Source of the DNA: Patescibacteria group bacterium
GTDB lineage: Bacteria > Patescibacteriota > Microgenomatia > UBA8517
Assembly (NCBI GenBank): GCA_041499035.1
Contig: JBGQJK010000001.1
Coordinates: 12,314 to 76,313, forward strand
Length of the DNA: 64,000 nt
Direction of reading: 5' to 3'
Part shown: positions 57,690-64,000 of the stretch, in pieces
Layout of the letters: every line of letters begins with the position of its first letter
Position numbering within the stretch: the first letter of the stretch is position 1
Notes under the pieces: model-generated
What the model was told of the DNA's origin: nothing
The model's input: the letters and a program-made list of their open reading frames with translations, nothing else
Databases searched by the model: none
Translations under genes and position numbers: made by a program

Positions 57690-57745
57690 AGCTGCGGGGT
57701 TGGAGACCGCTGTCCGACCACTGAACGACACCCCTATAACCGCCT
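57690..57745 (-). pseudogene. tRNA-Trp-derived partial copy (anticodon arm to T-arm)
   Basis: It shares GGTCTCCAA and CGATTCCCTC with tRNA-Trp at 57331-57401. The intervening sequence is replaced by the palindrome CCCCGCAGCTGCGGGG, and no acceptor-stem complement is present. Confidence 0.4.
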
Positions 57746-57800
57746 AATTATACTTTATATGTGGTCAAACTAGAATCCCTATGTTAAAATACTCTCTACT

Positions 57801-58193
57801 ATGGGCTTTTTTAACAAGGGTAAGGATCGAAAATTGAGCACCGCCTTGAACGGGGGTGTTGATGGCGGATCTGGTACTGATTTTCACAAACAGCGAGAGA
57901 TAGACATTATAGAGGCAGTTTTTGGTACTCGTTCATCAGATTTGGATCAAAATGTATTAGCCATTGATAATCCGCGGACTATCGGAAAAAGAGGCGGCCG
58001 CACGGTTTCTTTGGATACTTTAGCTGGGGACACGCTTGACCAGCAAAGGCTTTTGGATAAACAGATCGTTGAGGAAAATATGGGTCATGGGGCCGAAGCA
58101 CCTAAAACAGGAGGAAAAGCACCTTGCCAATTAGTTCAGGAAGAAAAGGCCGGGAAAACCGGTTGGTTTGGCAAAAGAAACAAGGAAGGCTAA
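57801..58193 (+). CDS. hypothetical protein
   Basis: An ORF only. Confidence 0.3.
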   Translation: MGFFNKGKDRKLSTALNGGVDGGSGTDFHKQREIDIIEAVFGTRSSDLDQNVLAIDNPRTIGKRGGRTVSLDTLAGDTLDQQRLLDKQIVEENMGHGAEAPKTGGKAPCQLVQEEKAGKTGWFGKRNKEG

Positions 58194-58387
58194 AGATGAA
58201 GGTTGAGGGAGGTCAAATTACAATTGGTGAGAGGATATTTAGAATTGGTGGACTAAATTCCGTCACTCCTGTGGGGTCTCAGCAGCTCAGACAAAGAGTT
58301 GACGAAATTCGGCAGTTCTTAAAAGAGAAAAGTACAAAAAAAGTTCAAGCAGCTAAAAAGGGCGTAGTATAAAATTACTCACTTCAG

Positions 58388-58573
58388 TTATTTTAACTTC
58401 GAGGATTCTTTGTGAAGCTGGACTTTCTTGCAAAACCTGCAGTACTTATTAAGGCCAAGCTTACCCTTGCCTTTTGTGTCCATGTTTACCTTGTTTCTGT
58501 CTGTGATGTAATTCTGGTTTTTACAGACAGAGCAAATCAAAGCTACAATTTCGCGCGCCCCTTTTTTAGCCAT
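58388..58573 (-). CDS. rpmG: ribosomal protein L33 (Cys4 zinc-ribbon form)
   Basis: CSVCKNQNY...CRFCKK. Confidence 0.75.
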   Translation of the reverse strand: MAKKGAREIVALICSVCKNQNYITDRNKVNMDTKGKGKLGLNKYCRFCKKVQLHKESSKLK

Positions 58574-58651
58574 ACTTGGCGTATTGTAGCATGAGGCTAA
58601 TCACATAAACAATAGTCCGGTACGGCTGGTTCTGATATAATTGCGGTTGAG

Positions 58652-58723
58652 GCCTGGGTAGCTCAGTGGCAGAGCACGTACTTGGTAAGTACGGGGTCGT
58701 GAGTTCAATCCTCACCTCAGGCT
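58652..58723 (+). tRNA. tRNA-Thr (anticodon GGT)
   Basis: Acceptor GCCTGGG/CTCAGGC (one G-U pair), D-arm GCTC/GAGC, anticodon loop TTGGTAA, T-loop TTCAATC. Confidence 0.7.
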
Positions 58724-58747
58724 CAAATATATACCGATCAAATATTA

Positions 58748-58819
58748 GCCGATGTAGCTCAGCGGTAGAGCACCTGTTTTGTAAACAGGGGGTCGATGGT
58801 CCGAATCCATTCGTCGGCT
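58748..58819 (+). tRNA. tRNA-Thr (anticodon TGT)
   Basis: Acceptor GCCGATG/CGTCGGC, anticodon stem CCTGT/ACAGG, anticodon loop TTTGTAA. Confidence 0.7.
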
Positions 58820-58823
58820 CAGC

Positions 58824-58908
58824 GCTGAGGTGGCGGAGTGGACAAACGCACGAGACTGTAAATCTCGCGGCCGAAAGGCCTACATAGGTTCGAATCCTGT
58901 CCTCAGCA
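58824..58908 (+). tRNA. tRNA-Tyr (anticodon GTA), class II with long variable arm
   Basis: Acceptor GCTGAGG/CCTCAGC, anticodon loop CTGTAAA, variable arm CGGCCGAAAGGCC. Confidence 0.75.
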
Positions 58909-58995
58909 CTCACATACGTTCGTGCTTTGGCCAGTTTTCGATAGTGCAGATTGAGGATTTACTTTTTGCACACGAATCCTGTCCTCAGAACTCGT

Positions 58996-59015
58996 CGAAA
59001 CTTGTTTCGCTTTTT
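58996..59015 (+). terminator. weak intrinsic terminator downstream of the tRNA cluster
   Basis: CGAAA-CTTG-TTTCG hairpin followed by CTTTTT. Confidence 0.35.
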
Positions 59016-59037
59016 GCAAAGCAAGAGAAGATTTATT

Positions 59038-59616
59038 ATGTTCAAGATCTTAACGATTGCCTTAATGGCCTATGCTTTGATTCATACATTTATAACAATG
59101 TATGCAGTGGTACATTTCAAAAAATATAATCCGGAAAGGCTGTCTATAAGCAGGCTCGGAACCAGACGGTCTCCAAAGTACAAATTGTTTAATGCTTCGG
59201 GCTTCATTTTAGGACTATTGATAATACTTTTTGGACTGCAGTTGGGTTCCGATATGTCGTTATACCCAATGATTCTAGTAACGATAACCGGTACGTTTTT
59301 GGCGCTTTCTGCCTTATTTCCGTTTGATAGATTTCCCGAAATACACGATTGGGTTGGAAGGTTTCTGGTTATTTCCTCCTTAATTCTTTCGGCGTTTTTG
59401 ATCATTCGTGTTTTGTCGCCCAACCGATTTTCCGATTTTTTAATATTGGGGATGTCAGGAATTCCGATACTCGCAGTAACGTCTTTATTTAGACCACAAA
59501 ATAAATCAGGAAAAGAAAGCTATCCCAAACATACATGGTTTTGGGAGTGGGGAGTTTTTACATTCGAAATGCTGTTTATTGTTACTACCTGTTTTTCAAT
59601 AATAATTAGGGGATAA
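59038..59616 (+). CDS. polytopic membrane protein of unknown function
   Basis: The start is moved to the ATG after the terminator. There are several hydrophobic helices. Confidence 0.4.
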   Translation: MFKILTIALMAYALIHTFITMYAVVHFKKYNPERLSISRLGTRRSPKYKLFNASGFILGLLIILFGLQLGSDMSLYPMILVTITGTFLALSALFPFDRFPEIHDWVGRFLVISSLILSAFLIIRVLSPNRFSDFLILGMSGIPILAVTSLFRPQNKSGKESYPKHTWFWEWGVFTFEMLFIVTTCFSIIIRG

Positions 59617-59793
59617 AGTCGACCCCGTCATCAAGGGGCCGGTACTCTTCCTGGAAATCTCCAGGTGGGTAGGCTGCCATCTATCAATTACTCTCAAGAC
59701 GGACTCCGCCTTCCCGGTTTATAAAATAGTCAGAAAGTTTAAACCGGACTACCTTTTTAACAGGGTCAACATATTATACCATTCGAAGCAAGC

Positions 59794-60432
59794 TTAAATT
59801 AGCCCAAATCCAGGGATTAATAAGTTCAAAACGAAGCTGATTACCGGGTACAAAAAGTAAGAAATAAGGGAGACCCCACCAAATACAGGGAAGATTATAA
59901 AAAAGAGTAAAATTAGTCCAAATCGGTTCATAAAAACATCAAACTCCCGAGCTTCTTTGTTAGGCAAAATACCGATGAGTATCTTTCCGCCATCCAGAGG
60001 GTGGATCGGGATTAAATTAAATACCGCAAGGGCCACATTGAACTGAACAATCTGCATAATGAGGCCGGAAATGATTTGGTTAGGGATAAACCGGTAAATT
60101 ACGGCCAAAACTGTTGCGATGATCATATTGCTCAAAGGTCCCGCCAAAGAAATAAGTGCAGAATCTTTCTTGGGATCTTTAAGGTTATAAGGGTCAAAGG
60201 GAACCGGTTTTGCCCAGCCGAACAAAAACGGGGAATGGGCGAGGATTAGAAATATAGGCAGAAGTATCGTGCCATAGAGGTCAATATGCGGGATAGGGTT
60301 AAGGGTAAGCCTGCCCAGCAGCTTTGCCGTAGGATCGCCAAGCCTGTTAGCCATCCAGCCATGGGCGACTTCATGAATAATAATAGTGAGCGCAAAGCCG
60401 GCAATTCCCAGAATAAGGATTAGTGTTTCCAT
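59794..60432 (-). CDS. site-2 protease (M50) family zinc metalloprotease
   Basis: HEVAHG (HExxH) inside a TM helix; polytopic. Confidence 0.7.
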   Translation of the reverse strand: METLILILGIAGFALTIIIHEVAHGWMANRLGDPTAKLLGRLTLNPIPHIDLYGTILLPIFLILAHSPFLFGWAKPVPFDPYNLKDPKKDSALISLAGPLSNMIIATVLAVIYRFIPNQIISGLIMQIVQFNVALAVFNLIPIHPLDGGKILIGILPNKEAREFDVFMNRFGLILLFFIIFPVFGGVSLISYFLYPVISFVLNLLIPGFGLI

Positions 60433-60480
60433 TGCGGTTAAAAGCGATTAATAGTATAATCTACCACAGCTAAAAATTAT

Positions 60481-60735
60481 ATGGCATACATTTGCGACAA
60501 CTGCGGAAAAAGCTTAGTTTACGGGCGTCAGAGCTCACATCACAGGGGTGTGGCCGGAAAACGCTGGAAAAAGCGTGCCCAAGTTACGCTTAGAACATTC
60601 AAACCGAATTTGCAAAAGATTTCGGTTTTGGTTGGTGGGGTAAAAACCCAGATGCGGCTTTGTACGGACTGCATCAGCAGGTTTAAGAAAGAGGGGAAAA
60701 TTGGGGGTAGGCACTTACAAACTGCTTCGCTGTAA
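60481..60735 (+). CDS. rpmB: ribosomal protein L28
   Basis: CDNCGK...SHH...FKPNLQ matches the L28 pattern. Confidence 0.65.
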   Translation: MAYICDNCGKSLVYGRQSSHHRGVAGKRWKKRAQVTLRTFKPNLQKISVLVGGVKTQMRLCTDCISRFKKEGKIGGRHLQTASL

Positions 60736-61564
60736 CCGGTAATTTTCCTTCGAGCTGAACTTCATCCAGAATCAATTTTCCGGCTTCATCCAGATGGCTC
60801 TTCAAGAGTTTTAGCCTTTTGGCTTGCCCTTCCGAAGCTCCGGGGAAATGGAGGAGGGTCCAGGCGCCCGGCCATGGGTGCATGGCTCTTATAAATCTTT
60901 CGGCTTCAACTCCCGATTTCTCCTTGAGATCAATAAACCCGTCTTGCTTTGTCACAAGCTTGGTGTAAGTTGCCGCTTCCTCGTCCTGTTTTTTCAACTT
61001 TATCTTACCCTGGATATAAGGCATAATGGTCTCGACCAAAACTTCGGCGCTTTTTTCAAAAAGCCTGTTTCTTAGGACATCCGAGGTGTCACTGGCAAGA
61101 ACATCTTCTTTAAATTGGGAAACAATTGGGCCATGGTCCAATTTCTCATCCATCCTGAGGATTGTTACGCCTGTTATTTCATCACCATTTTTGATAGCCT
61201 CGGGAACGGGCGAGGCGCCGCGATAAGTCGGCAGCAAGGAAGGGTGAACGACTAGTATGCCTTGGGGAAAAAGGTCAATAACATCCTTTTTGATAATCTC
61301 CCCGTAGGATGCCAAGATTCCAATCTCAACATCCGGCTTTGCTTTGAGGAGGTCCGCGGACGAGTAAAAAGTAGAGATCTTGTGCTCATGGGCCCATCTA
61401 TCAATCGGGGAATAGGACAGATATTGCTTTCTTCCAATCGGTTTTGGGGATTGAGTAACAACAGCGACAATAGGGGATTTGCCCGGTCCTGTCACAAATT
61501 CTTTATGCAGCCTCGTAAGGATCGGCAGAACATATTCCGGCGTGCCAAAAAATACAATTTTCAT
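60683..61564 (-). CDS. fmt: methionyl-tRNA formyltransferase
   Basis: MKIVFFGTPEY and SLLPTYRG. Confidence 0.85.
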   Translation of the reverse strand: MKIVFFGTPEYVLPILTRLHKEFVTGPGKSPIVAVVTQSPKPIGRKQYLSYSPIDRWAHEHKISTFYSSADLLKAKPDVEIGILASYGEIIKKDVIDLFPQGILVVHPSLLPTYRGASPVPEAIKNGDEITGVTILRMDEKLDHGPIVSQFKEDVLASDTSDVLRNRLFEKSAEVLVETIMPYIQGKIKLKKQDEEAATYTKLVTKQDGFIDLKEKSGVEAERFIRAMHPWPGAWTLLHFPGASEGQAKRLKLLKSHLDEAGKLILDEVQLEGKLPVTAKQFVSAYPQFSPLS

Positions 61565-62134
61565 CTAGATGAGTTCAACCTCCTCCCATTCGTCGTTTTC
61601 AACTTTGTATAGCGGTTTTTTCTCCTTTAGCAGATGGTCAATAAATAAAATGCCGTTAAGATGATCCAGCTCGTGGAGTATTATTTGGGCATCAAAACCT
61701 TTAAATTTTTCAACAACTTCCTTGCCTTGCTCGTTAAGGTATTCGAGTTTTACCGCCTTTGCGCGCTTGAGGGGACCATAGTAGTAGGGAAGCGACAGGC
61801 AGCCTTCCAGAATCTCGCGTTTTGACTTTTTCTCTTTTTCGGCTTTTGTCATCTCGGTGAGATCGAGGATTTTTGGATTTATGACCACTTTATTAAAGTT
61901 TTTATAGTTGCAAACAAAGACTTGGAGATTTTTTCCAACCTGAGGAGCAGCCAGACCTACCCCCTGTGGGTCTTTTTGAATGGCAAGAGTATCTTTTAGG
62001 TCGCGGATAAGACCTTGGACCTTCTTGTCCACACTTGATACTGGTTTTGACTTAGCCCTGAGTACGGGATCGCCGGACTGTAAAATTTTTCTGACCATAC
62101 CCGGATTATACCAGAAACTCGGGCTATAAAGCAC
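61565..62134 (-). CDS. def: peptide deformylase
   Basis: EGCLSLP and HELDHLNG. Confidence 0.9.
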   Translation of the reverse strand: MLYSPSFWYNPGMVRKILQSGDPVLRAKSKPVSSVDKKVQGLIRDLKDTLAIQKDPQGVGLAAPQVGKNLQVFVCNYKNFNKVVINPKILDLTEMTKAEKEKKSKREILEGCLSLPYYYGPLKRAKAVKLEYLNEQGKEVVEKFKGFDAQIILHELDHLNGILFIDHLLKEKKPLYKVENDEWEEVELI

Positions 62135-62188
62135 TTTATATAATCTAGCGAAGCTCTCAAAACGAGGTAACGAGTTTTGAAACAGATT

Positions 62189-63994
62189 CTATTTGATGTT
62201 TGCCAGAGCTTCCTTAGCGGTAGCGTCGTTGGGATCAATATTAATCAGAACGTACATTAATTGTTTTTTGGCTTCGTCATTTTGCCCGGCATGTACCAGA
62301 AGAGCTGCGTATTCAATTCTTGCGGCGCCGTAGTTCGGTTTCAGCCCGATTGCTTTTTGGAAGTCGGCAAGTGAACCCTCATATGACCCCAAATTTGCAT
62401 CGGCAATCCCGAGGTTATAATAAAGTTTAGCGTCGGTCGGGGCCAGCTTTATTGCAGCAATTTCCACGTCCCTTGCGGTAGCAAGATATTTTTCATCGAT
62501 CGTGGAGAGCCTTACATATGTCCCAAATGCGGTACGCCTTAAATTGATGTTTGAAGGGGAGATGTCGACAGCTTTTTGTATTTCGGTTATGGCGAGGTTT
62601 GTAAGGGTAGCGGCGGTGGTTGCGTCTTTGATTTGGTCGTAGGCAATCGCTGCTGCGCTATAAGAGTTTGCGATTTCTGCGTGATAAAGCGCCTGCCAGG
62701 GCTCAAGTTGTATTGCTTGTGATAATACAGGGATGGCAAGATCGGGGCGTGGGATTGCGTTAAGACCTTTACCTCTGGCGTATAAGGTATCGGCGTACCA
62801 GTAATTTGCGATAAAGTACAAGAGCATAAGAGCGAGAGAGCATGAGATTGCGATTCCCGTTTTCTGCAGACCGTCAAGTTTCAACTTATAGTCTTTCACC
62901 TTTTCATTCTCTTGTCCCAGAGCGGTAGCCAGTGCCGGGAATAAAAAGAATTCGAGCTGGGTTGGCACCACGGAAAAACCGAAAAAATTAGTTGCAGATA
63001 AACTTATAAAACCAGATAGAAGCGCGAAGTTTAAAACACGATCTCCGTTCTTCTTAAAAATAAGATAAACCGAAAACCCGATGACGGTTATGTACGAAAG
63101 GAGCCCCACCGTACCAGTGTTTGCCGCGAAATTCAAAAACTCGTTATGAGCTTTGTTGTAAATAAAATCCCATTCGGAGGTAATATTATGGGCTACAGGG
63201 CGGTACGAATAATAAGAATAGGCAAAAGTTTCGACTCCGGTTCCAAAAATCGGGTAATGCTGCCAGATCTGTATCGCTCCGCTCCAAACGATTTTCCTAA
63301 TGACCCCCGACTCGGTCCCACCCGTCTCAAGCGCTGTATCAGCGGGAGCGGCTGTTAACTGTTGACTCTTAACTGTCGACTTTTGTTTGAGCATACTGCC
63401 CAAACTCGGTGTCCACTGCGTGCCGCTTATCAAACAAATGGCCACGAAAGTTGATCCAACAATCAAAAGATGGGGGAATACAGCGGGCAGTTTCTTGATA
63501 TTTTGCCAGGCCACTAGTCCCCAAAAAAAGATTGTGCCGACACCAAAGCCCAGGAAGTCCGAACGAGACTTTGTATATATTAAAGTCCAAAAGAAAAGAA
63601 TCGAGAGACCGAAATACAACCAAAAATTCAGCGTTTTAACTTTTGATCTTAAGGCAAAAGCCCAGGCAATCGGAATTAAAGCCACTACCCATGCTCCAAG
63701 CCAGTTGGGTTGCCCGAGAGAGGAAAAAACGCGAGACTGCACATCCTGAACCCAAATGTTTTTGTCAATTCCAAAATGTTCCAAAACTCCGTAAGTTGAT
63801 ACCAAAAATGCTGAGGCGAACCAGACTTTTATAAGTTTTAGCGTTTCTTTTACATCAAAATTACTAACGAACGCCCAATAGAGCAGTAAATAGCAAATCG
63901 TGGAAAGAAGTCCGCCGTTAAATCTTGAATAATAGCCGAATATTGAAGTGTAAAAGTCAATTGAAAGGAAAGTGGAAATAAGTTGGGACCCCAA
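62189..63994 (-). CDS. O-antigen ligase-like polytopic membrane protein with C-terminal TPR repeats (the start may lie at or beyond the window edge)
   Basis: A hydrophobic N-terminal two-thirds and a TPR-like C-terminus (AIAYDQ..., LGSYEGSLADFQKAIGL...). Confidence 0.5.
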   Translation of the reverse strand: MGSQLISTFLSIDFYTSIFGYYSRFNGGLLSTICYLLLYWAFVSNFDVKETLKLIKVWFASAFLVSTYGVLEHFGIDKNIWVQDVQSRVFSSLGQPNWLGAWVVALIPIAWAFALRSKVKTLNFWLYFGLSILFFWTLIYTKSRSDFLGFGVGTIFFWGLVAWQNIKKLPAVFPHLLIVGSTFVAICLISGTQWTPSLGSMLKQKSTVKSQQLTAAPADTALETGGTESGVIRKIVWSGAIQIWQHYPIFGTGVETFAYSYYSYRPVAHNITSEWDFIYNKAHNEFLNFAANTGTVGLLSYITVIGFSVYLIFKKNGDRVLNFALLSGFISLSATNFFGFSVVPTQLEFFLFPALATALGQENEKVKDYKLKLDGLQKTGIAISCSLALMLLYFIANYWYADTLYARGKGLNAIPRPDLAIPVLSQAIQLEPWQALYHAEIANSYSAAAIAYDQIKDATTAATLTNLAITEIQKAVDISPSNINLRRTAFGTYVRLSTIDEKYLATARDVEIAAIKLAPTDAKLYYNLGIADANLGSYEGSLADFQKAIGLKPNYGAARIEYAALLVHAGQNDEAKKQLMYVLINIDPNDATAKEALANIK

Positions 63995-64000
63995 AAAAAC

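Noticed and set aside
57680-57745. Possible complete tRNA next to the GIY-YIG gene
   Set aside because: No acceptor-stem complement can be formed and the T-stem does not pair. Only the anticodon arm and the T-loop/stem 3' side match tRNA-Trp. I call it a tRNA-derived fragment instead.
58124-58372. 82-aa ORF overlapping the end of 57801-58193
   Set aside because: It overlaps in another frame with no independent support. At most one of the two ORFs is real, and both are low confidence.

Overview
This 64-kb window looks like a small-genome, CPR/Patescibacteria-type bacterium (inference from short intergenic regions, tRNAs without encoded CCA, N-terminally extended ribosomal proteins and few Shine-Dalgarno sequences). 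It mixes housekeeping loci with two striking accessory systems.

The housekeeping content includes:
- a 5'-truncated gpmI
- an F1Fo ATP synthase operon (atpF-atpH-atpA-atpG-atpD-atpC) with no a or c subunit gene in front of it
- M16 and M32 peptidases
- mreB
- the secE-nusG-rplK-rplA-rplJ-rplL cluster with leader regions
- rnhB, rpsU, rpmG, rpmB, fmt and def
- eight tRNAs (Pro, Arg, Trp, Thr x2, Tyr, plus pseudo-fragments)

The first accessory system is a cohesin-dockerin, cellulosome-like surface assembly. At about 18.8-31.5 kb, seven tandem genes encode secreted enzymes or binding proteins, each ending in a dockerin-like double calcium-loop module. Their domains include clan GH-A TIM-barrel hydrolases, right-handed beta-helix (pectate-lyase fold) proteins and a BNR-propeller plus LamG protein. 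Six carry one dockerin sequence class and one carries a second class. The array is followed by a membrane-anchored protein that combines a cohesin-like module, Pro/Thr linkers, a Cys-rich module and a class-1 dockerin. A second locus at about 46.6-48.8 kb on the minus strand encodes another cohesin protein anchored by transmembrane helices at both ends, a small class-1 dockerin membrane protein and a His/Asp-rich membrane protein. Together these suggest a hierarchical cohesin-dockerin display system in a probable episymbiont.

The second accessory system is a set of ATP-grasp peptide-ligase clusters:
- 36.3-41.0 kb: a multi-TM membrane protein, a RimK-like ATP-grasp fused to a retropepsin-like domain, two further RimK-like ligases and a SAM methyltransferase
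- 54.1-57.3 kb: two Ddl-like ATP-grasp enzymes and a C39-like cysteine peptidase

Other notable items:
- an isoprenoid gene cluster: trans-prenyl synthase, CrtC/AttH-like protein, P-loop kinase and a C-terminally extended UppS
- a GIY-YIG nuclease gene flanked by tRNA-Trp and a tRNA-Trp-derived fragment
- a duplicated 3' end of tRNA-Tyr
- a conserved junction motif with an 'MKL' mini-ORF that links dockerin-gene boundaries to the ATP-grasp cluster
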